In this document: piece by piece, positions 12,284 to 25,900 of the stretch | Numbering within the stretch: position 1 is the stretch's first letter | How the letters are laid out: each line of letters opens with the position of its first letter | Assembly: GCF_964204865.1 (NCBI RefSeq) | Contig: NC_135252.1 | Span: 1,550,001 to 1,614,000, forward strand | Direction of reading: 5' to 3' | Length of the DNA: 64,000 nucleotides | Origin: Styela clava | Lineage: Eukaryota | Notes under the pieces: model-generated | The model's input: only the letters and a program-made list of their open reading frames with translations | Told to the model about the DNA's origin: nothing | The model's database searches: none | Program-made: the position numbers and the translations under genes

Positions 12284-13702
12284 TTTGACAGCGGGTTCTA
12301 TTTTTAGGTCAGCTACACGTGACTTGTACTGCCTATCAACTGAATTTTTCATGTGAATACTTGCTTTTTTCTTTTATATATGTGCTTAAATATCCATATC
12401 TACAGTGGGGTAGTACGAAAAGAATTCAAAGCAGCGATGTTGTTACTATATTGCCTAAAATGCAAATTTAGATCGCCATTATGCGGACAATATTATATGA
12501 TATTGATTTTATCATGCTATTATAGAAAGGTCGCTGACTAATACAATGGCCGAAAGAAAAGACTCTTAAATAGCAAATAGTTTGAAGACTTTCTGCAGTT
12601 TTATGAGAACGTTCTTCATTCTATCATCAAAGTGTTACGAGAGAAAATTTACAAAATAAACTTTGGTTTTATTTGCTCATAAGTGTGCATTGCGAACAAT
12701 ATTTTTAATTGGTCCGTTTATTTATTTATTTTTTCTTTGTGAAAAATAATACGATACAATGCTTCGATTTGAGTCCGCAGTCTTCACAATCTTGATACAG
12801 TATATACTACATTTTAATGAATGTATGGGCCTACGACATAATCAATCTTGAATTACTTTTAATTACAGCTGCGTAAGGAAAGATTATCCCGTCATTTGAA
12901 AGTTGGAAAATCATTGATAACTTGTGGCCCATCACAATGACGCCGGTAATTTTTTCTGACGCAAAGCCAGGAACGCTTCATATTCATATACTCAACATCT
13001 AGCTAGGCAGATAGTACTTCCACTAAACCAAAAATCTTAAAGATTCGGCATATAATTTGCTAACCCCAACAGTGACACGAGAACTATAGCACGTAGCGCG
13101 GCATAAAATTAGATTAGATAAGCAGACCGTTACACAGTGCAGCTTAGTATGTTAAAATTCTATTTTAGACCACTGTTCAATCAACCACTGTTTAAATTTG
13201 GCCAAGGAGTTTTGAACAGCCGGTACATCATCAATCCAAATCTGACAGCATTACGCAAACCGCGTACAAGAATTAATTTCGACAGCTGAAGTATGCATTT
13301 GGTGGTTAATACGGTCGATTATGAGCATGATGCCGTGACTATGCAGACTGTTTATAGCTTTCTTGACAGCAGATTCAATTTACTTCTTATATTATTTATT
13401 TTTTGGGTTAACAACTATCAAGTCAAATCCAACCTATGAGAATTGCTAGTGTTTTTGTTTGCTAGAGTTACTAGTCAATCTCAGGAATTGTATAAAATGT
13501 GGTCCATTTATTACCACATAAGTTCCAGTTGGAGTTTTTGAGTACATGGATTTTTTTTTAGACCAAAATATGCAGATGTACTTTTTTGTGTTTAATACAT
13601 ATATATAGTAATTGCTTGTAAGCTAAACCATAGAACTTTATTTAGACGCATTAATGAATTATACAATTTTAGTAAATGTCGAAAAAATCAGGGAGTAGGG
13701 AT

Positions 13703-16700
13703 ATGCGTACCTTCTTATTTTATATGGCTTTTGCAAATGCAGTTTTTCACTCCAATAGCCAAGAACTGTCGTCTGACAGAGTGACACTGACAAGTGAAAA
13801 GGGTGCTCATACAGTTGTTAATTTTCAATGTGGGGTTCGTCAACAGGCGACAACTGAATCTGATACAGCAAGACAGACCCAGGGTCGACCAGGAAAGAAA
13901 GGTCCGATTGGGCCTATGGGTCAAAAGGGAGAAAGAGGTTTTAAAGTAAGACACTAACTTACCGAATCATCCTCGTACCATTTTTTGAAGTTACATTGCA
14001 TTTTGTATTTCTAGATGTATTCAGTTCATTTCAACTGATGGTGCAAATGCAAATGCGATCTTTAATACAGTAAAACCTACGAGGCAATCTACAACGAAAC
14101 CCGCTTTTTTCGAAAAAGTAAAACTTGGCTTATGCTTGGCAAAAGAAAATATTTGTATAAAAGAATGATGTGTTGCACATTATCGAATGTGATCAAATTG
14201 GAAGACTGCCTTTCGGCAATAATATATTTAAATGAGATAGTATTGAATATTCAATATTCGGTGACCGTACATTTGAACCCATGTGTATATCCGCGGGTTC
14301 AATCTATATGCGGGTGCTAAAACCCATGGGTTAGGGTTAGTATGGGTTCAAATAACTGTAAAACAAAAAAAATTTCCATAGGTGCAATAGTATGCAGGTG
14401 CAATTGTCATGGGTTCGAGTGTACGTGGGCTCAAATGTAATGAAACCCCAATATTCACATCTGATAACATATAGTTGCCTGTAGCCCCATATTTTGCAAA
14501 ATACGCAAATGCCTGCTGTAAGATTTTATGTATACGTTTCTTTGCCTAATTTTCTTGAAGATGAAATATTTTTTCACGTTGGACAACGTATTTTCCAAGT
14601 AAAAATGTTAATAACATTTTTTCTAAATAGGTCTCTGGATTCATCAAGTATTGCAATGTAATATTGAATATTCTTGATCTAATTAGTCATTGTTATTCAT
14701 AGTTCTGCAGTGTGACTTTTGTCTTATTGGTGCAAAATATTTGAAAAAAATATAATTAGGAATCAGTTATGAGAATTTCACAGCTTGCTTTTAGTCAAAT
14801 GTTAAACTCATTACCTGTAGCTTGTCGTTGTGATTTTGCACACTTGTCAGGTTGAACATATTTCAAATGCAAAAAATGATGTAATGCATTCAGGGAGAAC
14901 AAGGCATGAAAGGTGAACCGGGGAATGACGCAGATTTACAGCGAGTTCGACAGGAAATAGGATCAATGGGTTGGTATCTCACGAAAACAAGTCGGTAATT
15001 TTCAAACTGTTTATCTTATGTTTCTGTAAAATGTTCGGTATTTAAGTAGATGTTACTTTTGAGTGTTTGTTGAAGCTCTGTGCGTACACTTTTTCATGAG
15101 TTTTAACATTGGAAAAAAATAATATAAATATTAATATGCAAAATATTAGGACGCTTTGATAAGTAAATCACGCAATCACTGCCAAGAATAAAATATCGTG
15201 AAAATATCGATAGTTTCTTTCCGTAGGCATGATTGAACATAAGCGTTCTTGGCGCATTAGCAGAAATACAATAGCAGACATGATTCTGGTAATGTAATTT
15301 CTCGGAACTGGACTCAGAGTAAACATAAAATGTTAATTAAACTATTTTTGTCATAAGAGCGTTATTTTGTTTCCTTCGAAACAATGTTTTAGAAATGTAT
15401 TTGTTTTCCGGTTTGTAGCTTATGCCTGAATGCTTGACCTAATAAAAAAGTTTGACCTGACTTAGAACTGAAGACTTGGAAGGGTTGCAGAAACGTTTCG
15501 TTATGAATACGAGAGATCACGTAAAATTTTCCACAGATATAGAATGCCATGATTACAGGACATGCATTATATTCAATATATTTACTGCGCACGACATAAA
15601 AGTTCGATTCGTGATGGCAAATCGCATATTTTAACTGATTGCGTTAGCGCGCTGGTAGTGGGCATAGTTTATGTTAAAAAATTATGAAATGTTTATTTTT
15701 ACTGTTTAGCTGTATCGAACTGTGGTGAACTCAAAGAATATGGAATTACAAAAACAGGTTATTATTTGATGAGGGATCCAGAAAGTTTAAATGCAATATA
15801 TGCATACTGTGATTTTCAGCCCAAAAATGGTAAGATATAAAAAATATAAATATGTTGTTTCATTCTCCATTGAAATTTTTCATCGCACACTACAATTCAC
15901 TTTTCAGGCGTTTCTACGTGTGAGCAGCTTAAAAACAAGTTTCACATAACAGAATCAGGATTTTACACTTTCTTGGCATCGAATTCAACCCAAACATTTC
16001 AAGTATACTGCAATTTTTCCAACTTCAAAGGTATATTAGGATTACCCAGCAAAACCTGTTATTATTTGATGCTTGCTTTTGTTGAAACCGAACTATTGAG
16101 CGCTCCCATTTTGACGCCTCCTTGTGGGCACACTCGTTTGAGAGCTGACAGTTGATAACAGCTGTGCGGTGGCCACTTGATTTGGCGTCAGACAAATGTC
16201 GAAATGGAAAGCATAAAAAAAATTCTGTGTGAAGAAATATAGATATGGAATATCCGATAAAGCCTATATAATTTATTTAAATTTTGTCTTTTTGAGACAA
16301 ATTTGTCTGGTGCCAAACCTCGTCGCTAAATAGATTGTCCCAAACAGAAGCTTAAACTTACTTCTATACCTATACTCTATTGCTATAATTATATATGAAT
16401 TTTTCAACGACAATCCTAATATAATCATTATACACGCGTATAATGGATCATCTTGGTTATTTTTACACCACTGACGATTTGCTAATGTGATTTACATCCC
16501 AAAGATCGTTCGAGAATTAAAAAGTGTTGCAATTATCTCCCATTAAAACATTTCAAAATTGAAACAACTGTAAGTTATAAGCTTGGCTAACAAAAGCGTG
16601 CATTTCAATATACAGTAATTATAATTAGATTTGTAGTTTGTTAATTAATCGCACGGTCGCACAAAACATTTTTTGTTTGATATCGAATTTGTGCCTTGCC

Positions 16701-17755
16701 CAAATATAATAATTATGTTGTTATATCTATATTTTCCTTAGCCGTGACAGAAATTTGGCATGATTTAATGCGAGAGAAAAATATAAAGAACTGCGAGGGT
16801 AAAGGCTGTTATTCCACCACGCCGACGTACAGCATTTCCATCAAACATATTATTCAAATCATCAAAAATTCTGTGGAATGTAAGCAGTACATAAAGGTAC
16901 TCATAACTATGTTCATCTCATTTGTGGAATTGAAACAAATTGGAATTAATATGTCATAGGTAAATGTGACTTGAATGGATTACTTCGAATACGTCCGCAG
17001 ATGAGAAAATGTTGAATTCTATTTATATTTATATATTTAGTCGATAAAAACATACAGAAATTGTTGTCAGGACGGGTGACACGGAATTTTGCTAAACCAG
17101 TTTATATTGCTGACGAATTATTATTGATGTTCCATTAGTACAAAAGAATCAATTATATAAACATGAAATGTAACAAAATCCTATTTCCACGAACAACCTT
17201 GTCTACAAAACGTCAGGTGCATTCTGCGGAAATTATTCCAAGTTATGTGAGGAAATAATGATAAAAGAAACATACCAAGAAAACCCTTTTTTTTATAGTG
17301 GACGCTTCATCTAACCTTATCATTATACCGAAATTTAGTTTCGATGTCGCGGCGCTGTCATCGCCCACACGAATCCAGCCTCTCCTTTCGCATGGTGGAC
17401 ATCACGGGGTGGGGAAAAAATGCTTTACTGGGGAGGTTCAACTTCAAGACAAAACGGATATTGTGCATGTGGAGAAACAGGTCAGTAATCATAGTGGGCT
17501 ACAAAATTTCAGCTCCACTTCACCTCATCTAATAAATTGTTACAGAATAATTTTATTGAAAAGTAATTATATTCAGGCACGTGCGTCAACAACCAATATA
17601 AATGTAATTGTGATAACAACGGTAACGTGATGACACAAGATGAAGGATACTTGACGGATATGGAAAAATTGCCCGTCAGTAAAATGTCTTTCGGCGATGC
17701 AGGAGATCCTTCTGAATACGGTTGGCACACATTGGGAAAGCTTGAATGCATGTAG
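13703..17755 (+). CDS. Secreted short-chain collagen with neck and Caspr/neurexin-IV-type fibrinogen-like head (ficolin/collectin-like architecture), 7 exons
   Basis: Exons ~13703-13945, 14894-14969, 15710-15829, 15908-16030, 16742-16896, 17339-17480, 17577-17755 have GT-AG ends and compatible phases. Signal MRTFLFYMAFANAVFHS; 11 GXY triplets; head ...CKQYIK/FRCRGAV...FAWWTSRGGEKMLYWGG...CACGET/GTC...CNCD...DEGYLT...LPVSKMSFGDAG...HTLGKLECM*. An upstream in-frame ATG exists at 13676. Confidence 0.85.
14260..14448. mobile_element. Small MULE-like MITE in intron 1 with a TTAGGG motif
   Basis: Imperfect TIRs (tacatttgaaccca / tgggctcaaatgta), 8-bp direct flank caatattc, internal gggttagggttag. 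Confidence 0.6.
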
Positions 17756-19962
17756 TAACAATTATATATCTACGCTGGAATTGTTTACATAATATGCTTG
17801 CATTTGCTCCTAAAAATAGAAAACTTCATTTTAAAACATACCGACATCGTTGTTTATACAAACTTTGGACAGTTTAAAAATGCACCGACCAGTATAGAAC
17901 CAGTAAATATAGATTTCATTATATATTTACGCACTGTTATTTACAAAGGTGTTAAACGTCAATGCTCGTTAGATATCTTATATCAATATTGGAGCCAGTA
18001 GAGTTGACTTTCTAATAAAATTAATGCATAGACTCAATGTGTATTCAGTACAAACAAGATAGATAGATATTAAATTCTGTGTGCAGTATTGTCGTCACAG
18101 ACAATTTTGCTAAGACGTTACTGAGTAAGTTTACATGTATGATTTAATTAAATATTGAACGCCAAAACCTTCAAGATATGCTATTGCAAGGGCATGCAAT
18201 ACGTGCCGAAGTTTGAGAATTAATCTTGGCGCGTACCACCCCATCTTCGAATTATCGGTTATGATTCAACTCCAGCGTTCCAGGGAACAGGGTCGCCGTT
18301 GTCTTAACTGCCGATCAATTCAATTTCCCCTCTCTAGTCGACTGGAGCATCCTACACTCTCATATTCAAAACTTCGTCTAAAATATGTATACTGTATTTC
18401 ATTTTAGCAAATAAAATATATTTGAAAATTTTACTTAAATCACTCCTACTCGCTTTAGCTGTGGCTGGATGACCTGTGTTAATTTTGACATGTTCACCTG
18501 CCACGTTTTTTGTCAAACTTATTTCACACTTGTATTTGCTTTTGTTTATTTCCTATATTTCCATCCATGTGTTTCACCCTTTTGTCTTACACACAATTTT
18601 ATGTAACAAATGCACAGAACACAATGTATTATACCGATATAGTTGGAAGGCAATTCTTCATATAAACGATACTGCTGTGCACATGGGTTACAACGAAAGA
18701 ACACAAAAACATGGCAATATGATCCGAAGTGTTCAGATTGACTTTGTGTATACAACTATTACAAAAGCTTTGATCAAAAAAGCTAATTTCCTGAGAAAGA
18801 AAATTGGCAATCATATTGGGATATTATCTTTAGAGTTACCTTAGAGCTTGGATAGAAATTTTCTAAATATTGCAATTGGCGAACTTTGTTGATCTTTTGC
18901 CATAACGATGAATTTTTCTAACATTGAAGGCGCACTATATATAGATAGTAAGTAGACATAATTTGACGCACATTTCTTCATTTAACATAGGGTTGCAGGA
19001 ACAAAAGAGTGTCTTTTTGTTATTGATCTCATGTCGTCATCATTAGGGGTTCTTGCAGAAAGCGCATAAATTTCCTAAAACTGTGATTCAAATATATTGT
19101 CCCACTCAATTTAAACGAATTCAGTGAGAGCTTTGCTGCTGGATTCTTTCTCCGAATACTTTCATCCAAATTTGCTATGGAAGTGCTAGCAATTCGATAT
19201 GACCCCCATTTTAGAAAAAAATGTAACCGAAAAGTGCCATATTTGGAGCCATGACTTTTTTCAAATGTGAAAAGTTATCTTAGTTGAGATGTTTTCGGTA
19301 TAATACGCCAGGATTCATTTCCAAATACTTTGGTGTCCTTATTCTAGATTAGATTTAAACAAAATCAACTGATAGGCTGAAACCAAAAATCATTTAGCTT
19401 TTGTATCTCTTAATATTAGATTTTTTCAAACTGCTTTCCATTTGCTTTAATCTTCAATTGCCCGTTCTTACAAACTCATTAGCGTCTGCTCCGCATTTTC
19501 CTTTCAATTGTTCGCTGCTCGGTAAGTGACAGCTTTGTGAATCGCGTCGTTCACTCCGCTGTTAGGACGCTGTAACGTCATAGGCAAAACGATAAATTGG
19601 ACTCGAATATAAGCGTTGCAACAAAAAGGGAACCAGATCAAACTAAATTAAAAACTAGTTCAGCTGGCCGCACATCATTCAAAATTGGCACTTCTCCGCG
19701 GGCCGCACAATATTCCCTCGCGGGCCGCATTTGGCCCGCACTTTTGCACACTCCTGCTCTATAGTATACTATAGTACCAAAATCATCATAGGTATTCATT
19801 GTTTTGTGACGTGAACAGCGCATAATCAGAATATAAATATCCTCAATTTGCCAGTGTGGGTCAATAACTAGCTCCTGGTACTTGTTGAAAATTATTCGTC
19901 GAAACTTAAGTTGATAGCTGGCGTAAAACGGGTTAAGTATGTGAATGACCGCAAAAAATACT

Positions 19963-22900
19963 TCACAAATGTTTATTGGTGTTTCGACATAAAGAAAAAT
20001 TGTAATCTTCATCCGTTTCGTCTTCCTGCTGTTCAGCTTCTTCTATAGTATTTGGTATTATTTTCCCTCTTGTTTCTGGCAGGAAAGCAGCAAAAACACT
20101 ACTTGCAAAACTGACAACACCAAATGCTAGAAACGGAGTATTTAATCCAGAAAACATCTGAAAATAACACATATATGTCAAACAAGTTTTTAAAATATCA
20201 CCGTTTTTGTATAGCGCACTCAGAACATCATTCTTCTAGAAAGCACAATAGAGACAGACTCAACCCACCCACCTCAAATATTCTAGTCTTTGTTGGTCTA
20301 TTAATATTTTTTAACAGACCATTGACTTATACCATTAGCCAGCAATATCTCATTTTATCTGAAGAAGTTAGACTATGATCTAACGAAAGCTTATAAATAG
20401 ACTTACTATTTCGTGGAAAGAGATCATGTTATTCATATTTATATAAAATAGGCGCAAGAATATTCGTAAATTTTTGTACAGCGATGAGTGTTTAAAATGA
20501 AGAACCTGTATGTCTCTGGTTGAATTTCAAAAACATTAATTAATACAACGTTAATGAATGACCATGTGAAATATTGTTCGACGACCTCAAAATTTACTGA
20601 ACTTATTACTTAGCCTTAGAGTTTGTATGTGTTAATTGGCCATACTTTGTAGTTTGAGAATTGTATAATGTGACAATATTGTGTTATTCCGCAAGTCGAC
20701 TGGATGATTTATCAATTTCACTTTATATTACATATAATTACATTTCAACCCTTTTCAAGGTATAATGAAAAAAATAGGGTACATGCGCTTAATATTATGC
20801 ATTGACTTATTATTATACCAAATAGGAAAACAGCTATATGCGTTTTAAACTTGCGCATATATAGACAATACAAAGGAAATCTACTCACCGCTAGATTTGC
20901 TAAAAAGGGAGCAATCACTCCTCCGACTCTTGCCCAGAATGACATTGAACCCAGTCCAACGTTCCGCACAACAGTAGGAAATAGTTCCGCAGTATATATA
21001 TAAAGAAGATCAAATGCTCCGCTAATTCCTATTTTTCCGAAGAACAGTAACGCCAGTTTATAGTTGGAATGCTCACCTAATATAAAATAATGAAATTTTC
21101 CAAATGGAATTGAAGGAGATCGCGCTGTAATTTTCATTAAAAAGAGCTATTACTCTGACACAAGAAAAAATTCAATCTATTCAATAAGTTAAATTTAATT
21201 AAGTTCTAACCCCGAGATCTTGATATGCACATGAAAGCTGAATTTGTAATATAAATAGAGTTTACCTTCTTCAAATGGTACGATATACATCACAAACATA
21301 CATATTGCACCAAGAGCCATAAACCATATGAGCGTTCGTCTACGACCAGCCCTATAAAATATATATACATTATATTTTATGCCTCACAGTGTTTAACTAA
21401 GGTTAGGTTGATGGTTTATACAAATTCAGACTTTAGCCATGTTTAATATATGATAGCATAGTTCATCTAAAATTATATATTATGTTTGGCAATTTACTAT
21501 TTTCCATGAAAGCAATTTATGTGTTTGGATTCAGCTATTTTTGTTATAGGTGATGAAAAAAAATGTATTTTATTAAATGTTTTGGAACCAAGCGTTGAAA
21601 GAGCTGCGCAGCACATTCCATCAATATTGCTAGGCCATGTTTCATTAAAAATGTCAATGAAGTTATTGCACTTGTAAAATTGTATTTCCTGCCATTTTCA
21701 ATGTATGCAACGACTCACCATTTTCGTTCCATGAGGTAAATAAAGAGTGGAACAGCCGGAATCTGACTTATTCCTGATATAATGAATGCAACATAAAAAT
21801 TTGAACTAAATGATCCTGATCCAAGCGTGATACCATAAAACACAAAACTTGCAGTAAACCTGAGAATGAAAGTGAAGTAATTATACTTATGTATAACATG
21901 AAATGTATTGACATGAATGAGGCATTGGCGATATAGTGTCGATAACTTATATGACATGTTAAGTACATAACTGCATGTTAGCACCATAACCCACAAACTT
22001 CGTAATTGAATACTGTTGCTATATTCAAATATTGTCTGCTTTGTTTGAGGCCACAATTTGTCACAGTGAAACTGCAATAAATTTACTGTTTCTACTGTAA
22101 GTCGTCGTAATTCAGTCGAGACAAAGTGGCGAACGACCACGTGTTGATCTGTTATTCACATCACCACACTGTTTACTCTGAAATAATTTTCATGAATGCA
22201 GTCACCTAAAACATTGGTTCTCAAAGTGGGGTCCGCCAATGATTTTTTGGGGGAGGGGGGAGGGGGTGGGGACCTTGACACCGACACAAAAGCACTGCTG
22301 TGACGTTTTTTTTTATAAGGGATAGTGCTGAAAAGATTTTAGTGTTTATTTGTAACACATGAGACACGATACGAGAGTAATGGCCCAAACAGAACCCCCA
22401 AATAGATGAACAGGTGGAAGCCAAGCAATTGCGCCCATCACATTAAAAACAAGAGAGCTATGCTCAAATATATGGACACGTAGAGTCACATAATTTTGAT
22501 GACGTTATAGCGAAAAAAAAAGTAATAGCCTTCTGGAGAAAATTTTTATCTTTAACCACTAAAAATTTCAAAGCAATTGGTCCAGTATTCGAAGAGAAAA
22601 GCGACTTTTTAAAAACGTGTCAAAGAACAAGAACAACAACAACATTATAATTCAAACGATCGTTATGTCCACTACGTGTCCAAAAACTGTACTAACAACA
22701 TGCAATAAATCAATGCTCGATATAACATGTTCCTATTCTGAATTTTTAGTGGACCGCGAGTTCTCATAAAAAATGCAGGGAGACCGTTACGCAAAATTTT
22801 CCAAAAAGTTCGAGAACCACTGACTTAAAAGAAAGCTTCGAAGTTCCAAAAGAAACGTATTTTCAGCCAATGCTCATTGGGGTCATTGTCTGTAAATGAA

Positions 22901-25900
22901 GCATTGGGAGAGTCTCGAATAATAAGCTTCGTTTTGTCATGTCATCAAAGCTTTTCAGACCTGACCAATTGTGTCCAATAGTATTGATATTATATCTTAT
23001 CCAGGATTTCAGTCGATGCCCAATAGTCCTCTTTAAAGGAGCCTGTTCTATTGTCAAAACTTATTATATCGACTCTAATTCTTTACTAAGGATTTAAACA
23101 ATATTTTTTTGTAAAATAGGTTTTTTCAAAGGCACCAACCATTGCAAACTCAGAATGAGAGATCTGTAACGAAGAGTAGGATGCTTGATTAAATCAATAA
23201 TAGATCTCGTTTTCTTAATCTCTGGTTCGGATGTTAATAGTCTGGCAGTTGATATTTCTCTGGAATTGCTTTGCCCTGTTTCAAAAATGAATATCGAGGG
23301 TATATCACATGCTATAACAGAGTGTCATCCGGTGTAATGCAAAACGAAGATATATTTTTCCGACTTGTTAGCAAAGATAGATATTCAAAACGTCGTTAAA
23401 AAATTTCATCATATTAATAACCATGAGTTTCCTCTTTGGCAACAATTTGTCAACGTCGTTTCTGGAACTTGGCAAAAAAAGTGATTCCGCTCATTTATTC
23501 ATATACTACTTACCTGTATCACCGGTCTGGCGATCACTTGAAATCGTTCCGGCATCGTCATCTAATAGTAGATCGTAGTCTGAATTTAGAATATAAGAAC
23601 TTAGATGGTATGTAGTTTCCACAAGGTAACATTTATTTAGTAGCGTATTAATTCTACCCTGAAATGTGCGGCGTATATAACTTGGGTAACCATTATATAT
23701 ATGAAATGTAACATGATCGATGAGAAATGAACTCTACGTAATTGTCACAGGCAGAATTATTTTCCTTCAATTGTTACCGTTGTGGTATTGAACATAGTTC
23801 CCAAATTGGAATTTTTTCAAAACTGTTTTTACCATTTGGTTTTGAATCATCTAACTAAAAATCACTTTTTTCCCAATTTTGAGATAGTATTCTACACCCA
23901 TTTTAACCAAATGATTGGTTGGGTAACAAAAATCCTGTAAAATCATATTGACATTCCAATAACGACGTACTCCATAGTAAAGAAAACCAAAACTGTCAAT
24001 AACCATTAAGATTACTCAACTGTGATAAAATAGAAAAAAGTATGTGAGAAATAGAAAAAAGAATTGGTGGGAATAATCGTACATAGGAATCTCCAGATAT
24101 ACACTCGACAGAGATTTACTGCAGAAATTCACTAATCGAAGATTTCAGCATGTTCCTTTTACTCAAAAACATTTAACCGCTAGCATAGTGTTTGTTGAAA
24201 AAAAAATCTACACTGGTGAGGCACGAGATTGGAATACGTAGTTGAAAAGGGAGTATGTATGAAAAAAATCCACACCTGAAGATGATTGAAATATTGTTGT
24301 TGTCGGTTATGCTTAAGTTTTCTTAATATTTACCTTCTTCATTTGACTTATTCCATTTTGATATTTTTTCAACGACTTCTTGAGCACTGATAATTTTTCC
24401 ACGGGACAGTAACCAACGTGGTGATTCCGGGACGATGCTGAAGTCAAATAGAATATAAAGTTATTAAACCAGGACCGACATAATCAATAACAATTAATTA
24501 TATTATTATTTTGTGTAAATAACTTTAAATATCTACACTCGCATTATAGATAAATTGAACCAATAAAATGAACTAATAAACACAAATGAGCAAATGTCCT
24601 GGATCTGGTTATTGGATGCGGTTGAAACCAGAAAATATATTGAAACACCAAATGACTATCGTATAGTTATATGAATATTTATATGAATGTGTTATAAATA
24701 AAGTGATTCAGCGAACCTAGTCCAGTCGCTTGAGAACCCCTTCGCCATAATTCCATATGTGTATATATATTGTGAGTATTTGTAACTTACTAAAAATAGA
24801 TGAAAACGAAGATCCCAGGAATCGTAGTGATGAAATACATCTGTCGCCAACTTGGAAACAGATAAGCAATCCACAAGAAAGCAAGCATGTTAGCTGTGTA
24901 TCCTATTTCAGCAAGAGCGCCTGAAAATGCGATCATGTTTTGAAATTGCTTAAAAAATTTGTATTTTATTGACGTAATAAATTTGATGTGTTATGGTTAA
25001 TCTATTATTTCTGACAATAAAATATGTATACTAACCAATATAAAAGTTCGATTTGGCTTGCGTCAAACTCACATTGTGTATAAGCTTCCGATGGAACAGT
25101 TACGCAAAAGAACAAGAGTGAGCCGGTCAGTGTTTACAACCAATCTGAACTCGTCACGTCGCATGGGAAAATTAATTATGTACGAAGAATCGAATGAAAC
25201 CTAAACTCGCTATATAATGGACAATAAATGATTGAGTTATAATAAGTTAAAAACACAAATCATTGCAATTTTTCATTAACTCAGTAATCTCAACAATATT
25301 CTCAATCTGGTATTAAAAACCTAACAAAATATACATCACTGATTCCAATATACTCGGTGACAAATCAGAAACTGGAATTCGTTTCACAGTTACCGAGTGT
25401 TCTTCGAAGCCAACATGACGAAATACGTTTTTAAAGTCTTCCGGAATATCTCAAATAGCTTGTACCTATGTAGTGAATGCAATTTATATTGTTATTAAAA
25501 ATATAATTGAAGTATCTTACCATTTACCACCCACAGCTTCGACCCAGTACTTTCTTGAGTTAGAATGGTCTGAACCACACCAAGTCCGCCTATGAGAAAC
25601 CCCGATATTGCTCGACATGCAGCAAATTGTTGCCAGTTCTGACAGAATCCGGTGACAATTTGAAAAACCAGACTGAGTGCATAGACTGTGAAATTGTTAG
25701 AATAGAGTTCAGTTGATTTCCTAATAAAATCTCACCCTGCGGTCATACAAAATGACATATGAGGATGATTTTTTTAGGTTCAATTACCCATAAATACGGG
25801 TCAAATACTTGTACTTGACATACCCTAGACATCTACTAACAGATCTTGAATAGACCAAGCAAATAACTCTTGTACGATATTCGATTTGAAGTTGGTGATT

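Noticed and set aside
19640-19756. hAT-like terminus (gcgggccgc motifs, ...gcacactcctg)
   Set aside because: No matching opposite TIR or TSD could be located, so boundaries could not be supported.
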